From positions 1,792,001 through 1,856,000 of the forward strand of contig OZ252098.1 of NCBI GenBank assembly GCA_965248355.1: DNA of 64,000 nucleotides, given 5' to 3'. Of the stretch, positions 49,084 through 58,984 are shown one piece after another. The notes under the pieces are model-generated. The model was not told where the DNA came from. It saw nothing but the letters and a program-made list of their open reading frames with translations, and searched no databases. The position numbers and the translations under genes were made by a program. The stretch is from Candidatus Latescibacterota bacterium (GTDB lineage: Bacteria > Latescibacterota > UBA2968 > UBA8231). The stretch's first letter is position 1, and every line of letters starts with the position of its first letter.

Positions 49084-49210
49084 GGACGCCCCGCTCGAGG
49101 CTTGTCACGCCGGGCGCTGCGTGCCCCGCGGGCCGGGACTCTCCCGAGGCGCGCGCGGGCCCCCCTCCCGCTTGCGCCGCCGCCAGCGCCGGCCGACCTT
49201 CGAATCGGTG

Positions 49211-51118
49211 ATGGCCATCGATCTCGACGCCGGACTGCAGCGCTTCGGATTCACCGCCTTCCGGCCCGGCCAGCGGGAGGCCGTGGAGGCCCTGCTCGAC
49301 GTGGGGCGCGTGCTGCTCGTGGCGCCCACCGGCGGCGGCAAGAGCCTCACCTACCAGCTCCCCGCCGCCCTCCTTCCGGGCACGACCCTGGTCATCTCCC
49401 CCCTCATCGCCCTGATGCACGACCAGGTGTCCGCCCTCGAGGCCCGGGGCGTGCCCGCCACCTACCTGGCCGGCACTCTCGACGGCGACGAGATCCGCCG
49501 GCGCATGGGAGCCCTGGCCCGGGGCCGCTACAAGCTCGCCTACGTGGCCCCTGAGCGGCTCACCTTCGACGGCTTCCGTCAACTCGTGGGAGGTCTCGAG
49601 TGCCCTCTCGTGGCCGTCGACGAGGCCCACTGCATCAGCGAGTGGGGCCACGACTTCCGCCCCGAGTACATGCAGATCGGCGAGCTCCTGGCCCTGCTGC
49701 CCGAGGCTCGCCTCCTGGCCTGCACCGCCACGGCCACGCCCGTGGTGCGCGACGAGATCCTCGAGCGGCTCGGCCTGCCCGCCGACACGCCCCAGCACGT
49801 GCGCGGCTTCGCGCGGCCCAACCTCGCCTTTCGAGTGCACCCGACGCGGGGCAAGGGCGAGCGGGAGGGCCGCGTCGACGCGGCCCTGGCCGAGACCTTG
49901 AACGCCCCGGGGGCCGGACGGGGCACCGCCATCCTCTACGCCGCCACCCGCCGCCAGACCGAGGAGGAGGCCGGCCGGCTCGCCGGCGCCGGTTGGAACG
50001 CCGCCGCCTACCACGCCGGCATGGACGGTCACGCCCGCGAGTCGGTGCAGCGCGCCTTCGCCGGTGGCGGCCAGGAGATCGTCGTCGCCACCAACGCCTT
50101 CGGCATGGGCATCGACCGCCCCGACGTGCGCTGCCTCGTCCACCTGGCCCCGCCCGGCTCGGTGGAGGCCTACTACCAGGAGGCCGGCCGCGCCGGCCGC
50201 GACGGCGCCGACGCCCTCTGCCTGCTGCTGATCTCGCCGGGCGACATGGGGTTGCGCCGCCGGCTGATCGAGAGCGACGTGGAGGGCCGGGTCCCCGACC
50301 CGGAGACGGTCGCTCACCGCTGGAACCTGTTCCTCGAGCTGATGCGCTGGTCCGAGGGCGGGGGCTGCCGCCACGACGCCATCCTGCGCTATTTCGGCGA
50401 CGAGGAGGAGACCCTGGCCGGCTGCGGCCGCTGCGACGTCTGTCTGCAGCTGGACGACGGCGGCGGCCCCGACGCCAACGAGGTGAGCACCATCGTCCGC
50501 CAGGCCCTGTGCGGCGTGGCCCGGGTCCACGGCCGCTTCGGCATCGGCGCCGCGGCGCGGCTGCTGGGCGGGGCCGACGATCTGCGCCTGCAGCGGGCCG
50601 GCCTGCACAACACCTCCACCTTCGGGGTCCTCTCGGAACGGGCGGAGGAGTGGATCCTCACCCTGCTGCGCCGCTGCGTCACCGCCGGCTGGGTCGACTT
50701 CCAGGGCGGGGACCGTCCCGTGGTGGTGGTCACCGACGAGGGCTACGACGTGATCCACGAGCGCCGGCCGGCGCGCCTGCTGCTGCCCCCGGCCGCGTCG
50801 GAGCGCGGCCCCCGCGCCACTGCGCGGTCCGGCGCCCGGCGGCAGGCGCCCCCGCTCGAGCTGGAGGAGTCCGCGGGCGAGCTGTTCGAGGCCTTGCGGG
50901 CCTGGCGCCTGGAGACGGCCCGGGAGGCCGGGGTGCCGCCCTATGTCGTGGCCAGCGACCGGTCCCTGCGCGACATCGCCGCCCTGAGGCCGGCCGACCC
51001 CGAGGCCCTGCAGACGGCCCACGGCATCGGCCCGGCCAAGGTGGAAAAGTACGGCGCGGCGATCCTGGCCATCGTCCGGGCCGCCGAGGCCGCTCCCGCC
51101 CCGGCGGCGGGAGACTAG
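49211..51118 (+). CDS. recQ: RecQ family DNA helicase with HRDC domain
   Basis: PTGGGKS, DEAHCISEWGHDFRP, YYQEAGRAGRDG, Cys cluster, PPYVV. Confidence 0.92.
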   Translation: MAIDLDAGLQRFGFTAFRPGQREAVEALLDVGRVLLVAPTGGGKSLTYQLPAALLPGTTLVISPLIALMHDQVSALEARGVPATYLAGTLDGDEIRRRMGALARGRYKLAYVAPERLTFDGFRQLVGGLECPLVAVDEAHCISEWGHDFRPEYMQIGELLALLPEARLLACTATATPVVRDEILERLGLPADTPQHVRGFARPNLAFRVHPTRGKGEREGRVDAALAETLNAPGAGRGTAILYAATRRQTEEEAGRLAGAGWNAAAYHAGMDGHARESVQRAFAGGGQEIVVATNAFGMGIDRPDVRCLVHLAPPGSVEAYYQEAGRAGRDGADALCLLLISPGDMGLRRRLIESDVEGRVPDPETVAHRWNLFLELMRWSEGGGCRHDAILRYFGDEEETLAGCGRCDVCLQLDDGGGPDANEVSTIVRQALCGVARVHGRFGIGAAARLLGGADDLRLQRAGLHNTSTFGVLSERAEEWILTLLRRCVTAGWVDFQGGDRPVVVVTDEGYDVIHERRPARLLLPPAASERGPRATARSGARRQAPPLELEESAGELFEALRAWRLETAREAGVPPYVVASDRSLRDIAALRPADPEALQTAHGIGPAKVEKYGAAILAIVRAAEAAPAPAAGD

Positions 51119-51121
51119 CGC

Positions 51122-52198
51122 CTACCCCCGGGGGGCCTGTTCGGGGAAGGGGGCGCGCAGGTCGTAGCGCCCCTCCACGAGCACCGGCAGGGTGCCGTCG
51201 TCGATCATCAGGTCCAGGGGGCACTCCCGGGTGGTCATGGGCAGCTCGACCACCCCCTTGACCCGCAGGGACTCGTAGAACGCCATCATGATCTCGAGGG
51301 TGTAGCGGGCCTGCACGCCGCTGCTGCGGTGCTCCTCGATCTCCCCGTCGAGCCAGGCGACGAACTCGTCGAACTGGGTGACCGGCACCCCGGGCGGCTC
51401 GATGCGCCGCCACCCCGCCTGCTCGGAGCTCTGCAGCAGCAGATTCCCGTCGGGTCTCACGCCGCCCTTCTCGGCGCGGATCTGCCCCTCCGTGCCGTAG
51501 ACCGTGGCCATGTCCACGGCCGGCTCCGGCAGGTCGCCCTCGTAGACCCCGCGGACCCCGCCCTCGAAGCAGACCAGCCCCATGCACAGGTCCTCGCACG
51601 GGCTGCGGCGCTCCCAGCGGTCCGTGGTCCGCGAGGTGTTGCCGATCACCCACAGGGGCTTCGGGTCACAGAGCATGTAGCGCCAGCTGTCGATGGCGTG
51701 GGTGCCGGTGTTCAGCAGGCCGGCGTTCGCCTTGGCGCGGTGGTGGACCATGGTGGGCTCGCCGATGGCCCCGGCGGCCACGAGTCGCCGCACCTCGTTC
51801 GGCGCCGGAGCGAACCGCCCCTGGTGGCCGATGGCCAGCTTGGTGCCGGCCCGGTCGCAGGCGGCGATCATGTCCTCCGCCTCTCCCAGGGCGGCGGCGA
51901 TCGGCTTCTCGCCCAGGACCCCCTTCACGCCGGCTTCGGCGGCGGCGATGGTCACCTCGGCGCGGACCCCCTGCCAGGTGGGCACGCTGAGGATGTCGAT
52001 CTGCTCCCTGGCGAGCATCTCGCGGTAGTCGCCGAACACGGCGGGCACGCCGTGCTCCCCGGCCAGGGCCTGCGCCCTCTCGAGGTCGACATCGGCCAGG
52101 GCCACCACCTCGGCCCGCGGGTGCCCGCTCCAGGAACGGGTGTGCGAGCGGCCCATGCCGCCGCATCCGACCACGCCGACCCGGTATATCTCCGCCAT
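51122..52198 (-). CDS. Gfo/Idh/MocA oxidoreductase
   Basis: GVVGCGGMG, GEKPI, GTHAID. Confidence 0.88.
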   Translation of the reverse strand: MAEIYRVGVVGCGGMGRSHTRSWSGHPRAEVVALADVDLERAQALAGEHGVPAVFGDYREMLAREQIDILSVPTWQGVRAEVTIAAAEAGVKGVLGEKPIAAALGEAEDMIAACDRAGTKLAIGHQGRFAPAPNEVRRLVAAGAIGEPTMVHHRAKANAGLLNTGTHAIDSWRYMLCDPKPLWVIGNTSRTTDRWERRSPCEDLCMGLVCFEGGVRGVYEGDLPEPAVDMATVYGTEGQIRAEKGGVRPDGNLLLQSSEQAGWRRIEPPGVPVTQFDEFVAWLDGEIEEHRSSGVQARYTLEIMMAFYESLRVKGVVELPMTTRECPLDLMIDDGTLPVLVEGRYDLRAPFPEQAPRG

Positions 52199-52220
52199 CT
52201 TCTCCTCCTTCTGCTCTTCG

Positions 52221-53027
52221 TCAGGGTTGGTGATCCAGCCGCACCGTGGGCTCGTCGTTGGCCAGGAAGCGCTCCGCCGTGTTGTGCGTCGCCGGGCTCG
52301 TGCGGAAGTCGGCGATCCAGGGCTCGCGGAACCAGGCCTGCTTCTCCCGGGGCAGGGCCGCCATCACCTCGGGGGGGATCCTCAGGCGGTGCCAGTGGGT
52401 GGCCAGGTGCGAGTAGGCGTTGAGCACCGCCACCCTCGGGGTTTCCCGTTTCCACTCCGGTCCCGCGTGGCACAGGTTCTCCGTGAAGAACACGGCGCTT
52501 CCCGCGGGACAGTCGTAGCTGGTGAGGAACTCGCTGCGCCGGCCCTCCTCCAGCGACAGGTGATCGGGATGCATGGGGAAGTTGGCCTTGTGGCTGCCGG
52601 GGATGAAGTGGGTGCCCCCGTCCTCCCGGGTCACTTCGGTGAGCTCGAAGACCACCCGCACCATGCCGGCGTGGATGCGGCCGTGTGCGCACCGGTAGCC
52701 GAAGATCGGATCGATCTGGCCGGGACCGCCGCCGTGCAGCTCACCGTGCCGCTCCCCCTTCTTCCGCCACACGCAGTAGGTCCCCTCCACGCGGATCTCC
52801 GGACCGATGATCTCGTGGAGCACCTCGATCACCTTCGGATGGTCGATGAGCAGGCTGGCCGCCCCTCCCGGCATGGCCCGCTCCTCGGGCGCCAGCGACT
52901 CGGGATCGTGGTGGATGCGGTCGATCTGGTCGACGATGGCCTCGATCTCCTGCGGCTCCAGGATGGCGGGCCTCACCAGGTACCCCGTCAGATCGAACCG
53001 GAACCTCTCTTCCTCCGTCATGCCCAT
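52221..53027 (-). CDS. PhyH-family Fe/2OG enzyme, HxG variant
   Basis: DLTGYL, LHGGG, GGTHFIPGSHK, ENLCHAG. Confidence 0.8.
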   Translation of the reverse strand: MGMTEEERFRFDLTGYLVRPAILEPQEIEAIVDQIDRIHHDPESLAPEERAMPGGAASLLIDHPKVIEVLHEIIGPEIRVEGTYCVWRKKGERHGELHGGGPGQIDPIFGYRCAHGRIHAGMVRVVFELTEVTREDGGTHFIPGSHKANFPMHPDHLSLEEGRRSEFLTSYDCPAGSAVFFTENLCHAGPEWKRETPRVAVLNAYSHLATHWHRLRIPPEVMAALPREKQAWFREPWIADFRTSPATHNTAERFLANDEPTVRLDHQP

Positions 53028-53211
53028 TGGATTGCTCCTTCTGTCGTTTCGGGCCCGGGGGATCGCACGGGGGCCACAAGATAGCGGGGCCCACCGGCCG
53101 GCCGCCACGGGGAAGGGGCCCTTTCTCACCCCAGGTCTGGGGGCGGCCCCGCCGTTGAGCCTCCGCCCCGGTGGTCGTAGTCTACTGGCACACACGGGAA
53201 AGGAGGAGGCC

Positions 53212-53607
53212 ATGTCACCACCGAAAGCGGCGATCGCCCCGGAACGGGTGCAACAGTTCGTGAACGACGCCCACGGCGACCTGGACAGCGTCGCGAAGAT
53301 GCTGGAGGAGGAGCCGGCCCTCCTCAACGCCTGCTGGGACTGGGGAGGGGGAGACTGGGAGACCGGCCTCGGGGCGGCGGCGCACATGGGCCGCCGCGAC
53401 ATCGCCGAGCTCCTGCTCGGCCGTGGCGCCCGCATCGACCTGTTCGCCGCGGCCATGCTGGGCAAGCTCGAGATCGTGAAAGCCGTGGTCGAGGACGACC
53501 CGGAGGTGGTCGATCGGAAGGGGCCTCACGGGATCTCCCTGACGACGCACGCGAGGAAGGGAGGCAAGGCGGCGGCGGCGGTCGTGAAATACCTGAAGAG
53601 CCGGTAG
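53212..53607 (+). CDS. Small ankyrin-repeat protein
   Basis: Strong AGGAGG RBS; ETGLGAAAHMGRRDIAELLLGRGA. Confidence 0.8.
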   Translation: MSPPKAAIAPERVQQFVNDAHGDLDSVAKMLEEEPALLNACWDWGGGDWETGLGAAAHMGRRDIAELLLGRGARIDLFAAAMLGKLEIVKAVVEDDPEVVDRKGPHGISLTTHARKGGKAAAAVVKYLKSR

Positions 53608-53636
53608 AGCCATCCTCACCAGACGAAAGGCAAGCC

Positions 53637-54554
53637 ATGGCCAAGGCGAAGAGCAGGAAGACGAGAACGAGACAGAAGGCAGAGCCTCCCGTCCTCCGCC
53701 ACATGTGCTCCGTGGGCACCCTGATGGGCTGCGGAGACAAGCGCGGAGAGTGGACGATACCGCAGAAGCTGCGGCGCATCCGCAACGCCGGCTTCGACGG
53801 GTTCCTCGGGCGGGTCACCATGTTTCCGCCCGAGGTGGTCGAGGAATCGGGCCTGATCTTCGCCTGCACCACCGACATGGGCGGACCCCACGAGGCGGAG
53901 CGCAAGCTCAAGCGCATCCGCAAGTACGGGGCCCGCGTGGTCAACGTGCAGATGCTCGACCACGACACCGGCACCGACGAGGCGGTGACCTGCGCCCGAG
54001 AGGTCATGCGCGTCGCCGGCGAGCTGGAGATGGATGTCTCCATCGAGGTCCACCGCGACACCTGCACGGAGACCCCGGAGAAGGCCTATGCCTTGGCCGA
54101 GGGTTTCGAGAAGGCCGAGAAGCGCCCCCTCAAGATGACCTGGGACTTCTCCCACCCCGCGGTGGTGAAGCACCTGTCGCCGCCGTACTTCAAGCGCCTC
54201 GTGGAGCGCCCCGACCTGGTGCAGCTGGCCAACCAGATCCACTTCCGCCCCTTCAACGGCCATCACGCCATGGTCCCCGCCCTCGGACGGGGCGGCAAGC
54301 TGACGCCGGAGTTCAAGGACTGCATGGAGTTCGGCGACCAGTTGCTGGCCCTGTGGCTGAAGGCGGCGCCCCCGGGCCGCGAGTTGTTCGTCTGCCCGGA
54401 GCAGATCGCCGGCGGCTACCACCTCTCGGTCTTCGGCGACCGCTTCAAGGACGTGAAGGCGATCAAGGCGGAGCTGGAGAAGAGCTGGAGGCGCAACCTG
54501 CGCGGGTGGAAGCCGCCGCGGAAGAAACGGGCGAAGAAGGCGCGGCAGCGGTAA
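53637..54554 (+). CDS. Xylose isomerase-like TIM-barrel protein
   Basis: EVHR, WDFSH, IHFR, CPE metal-site pattern. Confidence 0.65.
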   Translation: MAKAKSRKTRTRQKAEPPVLRHMCSVGTLMGCGDKRGEWTIPQKLRRIRNAGFDGFLGRVTMFPPEVVEESGLIFACTTDMGGPHEAERKLKRIRKYGARVVNVQMLDHDTGTDEAVTCAREVMRVAGELEMDVSIEVHRDTCTETPEKAYALAEGFEKAEKRPLKMTWDFSHPAVVKHLSPPYFKRLVERPDLVQLANQIHFRPFNGHHAMVPALGRGGKLTPEFKDCMEFGDQLLALWLKAAPPGRELFVCPEQIAGGYHLSVFGDRFKDVKAIKAELEKSWRRNLRGWKPPRKKRAKKARQR

Positions 54555-54618
54555 ACTGCCCATCCACTGCATTGGCCGGAGACTTGAGCGGCACCTGCCG
54601 TAACACCGCCGCGACTGG

Positions 54619-55539
54619 CTAATCGAAGGCGGCCTTGATGCGGGCCCAGGAAATCGACCCGACGGCTGTGGAGACACAGTCGTTCCAGTCGGTCGAAGTG
54701 GAGCTTGTACCCCCGTCCCACCCGACCAACAGACCGTCGGTAAAGCGATCGGCGTCGCGCCAGGAATAGGCCGCACCGGTCAGGGTGTGGAAGGCTCGGT
54801 GGTGGCCCGGCACGTCGAAGTCGGGAATCGCGATCTGGAAACCGATGATCTTGCCCGGCGACAGCTCCGATGCCCTGGAGGCGGCCTCGTCGTCGTAGAT
54901 GAGGTCGTCAAAGGGTGTCACCTTGATTTCGGTGACGGTCGTTACCGGCCCGTCGCCTAAAACCGCTCCGCCACCGGCTGCGTACGGCTCCCCCTTGACC
55001 CAATCCGGTCCACCGACGTGGTCGACGTATTGGCCATCCGGGGTCTCGGCGATGGCGTTCCAGTGCTGGGCCTGACGATAGTTCGACGCTCTCTCTTCCT
55101 CCGTACAATCGGCGCAATTGAAGACAAACTCGCCACCCGAGTGATCGCCGTCGACCATGAACTCCAGGTGGGAGTCCCAATTCCACATGCGGCCATCCCC
55201 GGCATATTCGTTGACGTACACGTCATCGGTGCGCTCCATGGCGAGCCAGATGGTGTTGCTGGCGTCGTGCCAGGCCATCCAGAGTTCGTAGTCCATATCG
55301 GCCGGATCGTACTGAGCACCGTCACCCACCGTGGGATCGGCCAGGAGATCATCCGCCACCAGCGACGGCTGGCCGGCGAGGTCACGCCACTCGTCGACGC
55401 TGCCGTCGCTCACGTCGATGCATGGGAGATAGGTGTCGGGGATCTCGAAGAAGGGGTATGGACCCGCACCCACGTGGGCCGTGGCCTCGCTGGCGAGGAC
55501 GAGGACCAGGAGCCCCGGTAAGGAAGGAGATGTGCGCAT
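54619..55539 (-). CDS. Secreted DOMON/CBM9-like protein with C-terminal SWARIK motif
   Basis: Signal peptide; DGSVDEW, LEFMVDGD, IIGFQIAIPDFD; ends TAVGSISWARIKAAFD. Confidence 0.6.
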   Translation of the reverse strand: MRTSPSLPGLLVLVLASEATAHVGAGPYPFFEIPDTYLPCIDVSDGSVDEWRDLAGQPSLVADDLLADPTVGDGAQYDPADMDYELWMAWHDASNTIWLAMERTDDVYVNEYAGDGRMWNWDSHLEFMVDGDHSGGEFVFNCADCTEEERASNYRQAQHWNAIAETPDGQYVDHVGGPDWVKGEPYAAGGGAVLGDGPVTTVTEIKVTPFDDLIYDDEAASRASELSPGKIIGFQIAIPDFDVPGHHRAFHTLTGAAYSWRDADRFTDGLLVGWDGGTSSTSTDWNDCVSTAVGSISWARIKAAFD

Positions 55540-55561
55540 CGTGGCTCCTATCGGTGGATGG

Positions 55562-56227
55562 TCAGAACAGCCGCTCGGCGCCCTCCAGCCGCATCAGGCT
55601 CCAGATCACTCCGGAAGCCAGTGGCCGCGTCTGGAGGACGGCGCTGCCCCCGGTGCGCAGGGGGAAGCGGTCGTGCTCCCAGGGCACGGCCTCCAGCCCG
55701 AGCAGGTGGGAGACCACGACGCCGCTGGTGCCGCCGTGACAGACCAGCAGCAGGGAGAGATCCGCGTCGGGGGTCCGCCAGAGGCGGTAGCCGTCGTCAT
55801 CGAAGGGGCCGGTCCCGAACCCGGAGAGCAACTCCTCGAGGCCGCCGATCACGCGCCGCCGGAAGTCCCGGAAGGACTCGCCGCCGGGCATGCCGTCCCA
55901 CCACTCGGCCGGAGGCCGGCCCCGCACCGCCTCGAAAGCCGCGTCCACCTCCGCCCCGGGGCGGCCCTCGAAGGCGGGAGGCGACTGCTCGGCCAGCCAG
56001 GGGCACACCCGCGTTTCCATGCCGAGACGGCGGGCCAGCGGCTCCGCCGTCTGCAGGGCCCGGCGCAGGGGGCTGACGAAGAGCGCGTCGAAGCGCTCGC
56101 CGGCCAGTTCCTCGCACAAGGTCTCGACCTCCTCCACGCCTGACGCGGTCAGCTCGGGATCGTCGACGGCGAGGCCGTCCACGATCCACGCCGGCTCGCC
56201 GTGGCGCACCAGGCGCAGGCGCATCAC
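55562..56227 (-). CDS. Histidine phosphatase family protein
   Basis: LVRHGE, SPLRRALQT, GES, CHGG. Confidence 0.88.
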   Translation of the reverse strand: MMRLRLVRHGEPAWIVDGLAVDDPELTASGVEEVETLCEELAGERFDALFVSPLRRALQTAEPLARRLGMETRVCPWLAEQSPPAFEGRPGAEVDAAFEAVRGRPPAEWWDGMPGGESFRDFRRRVIGGLEELLSGFGTGPFDDDGYRLWRTPDADLSLLLVCHGGTSGVVVSHLLGLEAVPWEHDRFPLRTGGSAVLQTRPLASGVIWSLMRLEGAERLF

Positions 56228-56261
56228 GCCGGGCCCCGGGCGCCGGGTGGCAGAGGCGCTC

Positions 56262-57896
56262 TCACCAGTGCCTGGCCACCCTCTCCTCCGCCCTCGTCAT
56301 CACCTCGACGACGGCGGGCCGGCCCTCGCGGTTCGCCCTCACGGCGCGCCCGATGGCGGCGCGCACCTCGCCGGGCCGGTCGACGCGCTCGGCGTGGGCC
56401 CCCAACTCCCGCGCCACCCCGGAGTAGCAGCCGCCGAGGCGATGGACCTCGTGCACCCGGCTGGCCTCGGGCAGGTTCTTGTCGTAGTGGGTCATGACGC
56501 CGTTGTTGAGGACCACCGTCAGGATGGGGATCTCGGCGCGCACCGCGGTCTCCACGTCCATGCCGGCCATGCCGAAGGCGGCGTCCCCCATGACGTTGAT
56601 CACCGTCTTCTCCGGCGCCGCCAGCTTGGCGCCCAGGGCCAGCCCGAGGCCGTATCCCAGCTGCGTCGACTTGCCCCAGCCCAGGTACCCCCTCGGAGTC
56701 ACCGCCCGCCACATGGGCAGCAACTGGTCGCGCGGATACCCGGAATCGTGGGTGACGATCGCCTCTTCCGGCGGCACCGCGGCGGCCATCTCCGCAAAGA
56801 CCCGGTACGGGTTGACGGGGACCTCGTCCGAAAGCCGCAGCGGGCGCCACTGCTCCTCGAACTCCCGGCGGATCTCGGCCACCGCCGCGCTCACCGGACG
56901 GCGGTCCCGGCCGCTCTCCCCGGCCTGGCGGCGGACCTCCTCCGTCATCTGCCCGAGCACCAGGCGGGCATCTCCGAGGGCGCCGTGGTCGACGACGTGG
57001 TCCCGGTTCAGGTCGACCGGATCGTTGGTGACCTGGGCGACGACCGCGTTCTCCGGCAGGGGAAAGGCGAAGGTCGACTTCGTCAGGCTTGAGCCGATGG
57101 CGAGGACGAAATCCGCCCTTTCCAGGAACCGCGCCGCCATGAGCGCGCCCGAGTGACCTCCCGTGCCGAGGGACAGCTCGTGGTCCTCGGGGAAGACGCT
57201 CTTGGCCGCCATGGTCGTCATCACCGGGACCGCCGCCAGCTCGGCGAAGGCGGTCAGCTCGTCCCAGGCCCGGGCCCACAGGGTCCCGTGGCCGGCGAGG
57301 ATCACCGGACGCTCGGCCCGCAGCAGGGCCGTGACGAGATCGCGCACGTCGTCCTCGTCCCCCTTCGACCGCAGCTCCCGCGGAGGCTCGTACTCGAAGT
57401 CCGGGGCCTCCTCGCCGGCCACGTCGGCGGGGATCTCCACCAGTACCGGCCCCGGCCGGCCGTGGCGCATCTGCGAGAAGGCGACGCGCATCAGCTCCGA
57501 GACGCGCCCGGGCTGGTTGATGTTGGCCGCCCACTTGGTGACCCTCCGGTAGCCGGCGGCCGCCTCGTAGCTCGGGTGCACCTGGGTGCGGTCGCCGGGG
57601 GGCCCCCCGGGCAGCAGCAGCAGCGGGATCGAGTCGGCGAAGGCCTGGGCCGCTCCCGGGTAGGCGTTCTCCGCCCCCGGTCCCTGCTGCATGGTGAAGA
57701 CCCCGAAGGCCTCGCGGTTGCGGACCCGGCTGAAGCCGTCGGCCATGTTGACGCCGGTGCGCTCGGTGCGGGTGATGATGGGGCGGATCCCGGCGAGGGT
57801 GGCCGAGTCGATCAGGGTCTGCTGGGGGAAGGCGGCGATCCACTCCACCCCCTCGGCCTTCAGGATCCGCGCGATGCCGTCGTTGACTGTCGCCAT
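56262..57896 (-). CDS. Thiamine pyrophosphate-dependent enzyme (acetolactate synthase-like)
   Basis: MADGFSR, GPG..N, RPGPV, GDAAFG...LNN. Confidence 0.88.
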   Translation of the reverse strand: MATVNDGIARILKAEGVEWIAAFPQQTLIDSATLAGIRPIITRTERTGVNMADGFSRVRNREAFGVFTMQQGPGAENAYPGAAQAFADSIPLLLLPGGPPGDRTQVHPSYEAAAGYRRVTKWAANINQPGRVSELMRVAFSQMRHGRPGPVLVEIPADVAGEEAPDFEYEPPRELRSKGDEDDVRDLVTALLRAERPVILAGHGTLWARAWDELTAFAELAAVPVMTTMAAKSVFPEDHELSLGTGGHSGALMAARFLERADFVLAIGSSLTKSTFAFPLPENAVVAQVTNDPVDLNRDHVVDHGALGDARLVLGQMTEEVRRQAGESGRDRRPVSAAVAEIRREFEEQWRPLRLSDEVPVNPYRVFAEMAAAVPPEEAIVTHDSGYPRDQLLPMWRAVTPRGYLGWGKSTQLGYGLGLALGAKLAAPEKTVINVMGDAAFGMAGMDVETAVRAEIPILTVVLNNGVMTHYDKNLPEASRVHEVHRLGGCYSGVARELGAHAERVDRPGEVRAAIGRAVRANREGRPAVVEVMTRAEERVARHW

Positions 57897-57964
57897 GGGA
57901 GGGACTCCGATCGGTTCGTTTTCGTATGATTCCGGCCCTTCAACCAATCACCTTTGAGGAACGG

Positions 57965-58984
57965 ATGCCAGCCTTGAAGGCCATTCTCTGCGGACTGGGC
58001 GGACGCGGGCGCCACTGGCTCCAGGCCTGCCGCGACCACGGCGGCGTCGACCTGGCGGCCGTGGTCGAGCCCGCCCCGGCCAACCGCCAGCGCGCCCTCA
58101 CCGAGCTGGCCGTGCCCGGGGACCTGCTCTTCGAGGACCTGACCAGCGCGGCCGGCGCCGTGGAGGCCGACTTCGTGGTCGACGTGACCCCTCCCGCCGT
58201 GCACGAGAGCATCGCCCTCAGCGCTTTCGAGGCCGGCCTGCACCTGCTGGGAGAGAAGCCGCTGAGCGACGACTTCGCCGCCGCCCGCCGCATCGTCGAT
58301 GCCGGGCGGCGCTCCGGCCGGCGCCACATGATCACCCAGAACTACCGCTTCAACCCCCAGCCGCGGACGACGCGCCGACTCCTCGACGAGGGCCTCATCG
58401 GCGGCTGCGCCCAGCTCGACGTCTCCCTCTACGTGAGCTGGGCCGACAACCCCGGCAGCCACTACGTCACCGAGCCCTACATGTTCCTCACCGACATGGG
58501 CATCCACCACTTCGACATGATGCGCTACACCCTCGGCCTGGAGCCGCTGAGCGTGCGCGCCGTCACCTGGAACCTGCCCTGGGGCTGGCACCGGGGCGAC
58601 GCCTGCCAGCTGGTACTGTTCCGCTTCGAGGGCGGCGTCGTGGCCACCCACCGCGGCATCGGCTGCACCGTGGGCCACGTCCCCGCCGGCCACAACGGCG
58701 AGTGGCGCTACGAGGGTCCGGCCGGGACCCTGACCTGGGAGGGCTCCCGGCTCTATCACACCCACTCCCACAGGGCCGACCCGCGGGTTCGAGAGGAGGT
58801 GAGCCTGGACCCGGCGGGGCCGGAAGGGCGCCATCCCGTGCTGCACGAGTTCGTCAGCGCCCTGAAGGAGGACCGCGAGCCCGAGTGCAGCGCCGCCGAC
58901 AACCTCAAGTCCATGGCCATGGTCTTCGGCGCCGTGGCCAGCGCCCGGCAGGGCGGCGTCGAGATCGACCTGGAGGAGTTGTGA
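57965..58984 (+). CDS. Gfo/Idh/MocA oxidoreductase
   Basis: CGLGGRG, EKP, QNYR, DMGIHHFD. Confidence 0.87.
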   Translation: MPALKAILCGLGGRGRHWLQACRDHGGVDLAAVVEPAPANRQRALTELAVPGDLLFEDLTSAAGAVEADFVVDVTPPAVHESIALSAFEAGLHLLGEKPLSDDFAAARRIVDAGRRSGRRHMITQNYRFNPQPRTTRRLLDEGLIGGCAQLDVSLYVSWADNPGSHYVTEPYMFLTDMGIHHFDMMRYTLGLEPLSVRAVTWNLPWGWHRGDACQLVLFRFEGGVVATHRGIGCTVGHVPAGHNGEWRYEGPAGTLTWEGSRLYHTHSHRADPRVREEVSLDPAGPEGRHPVLHEFVSALKEDREPECSAADNLKSMAMVFGAVASARQGGVEIDLEEL

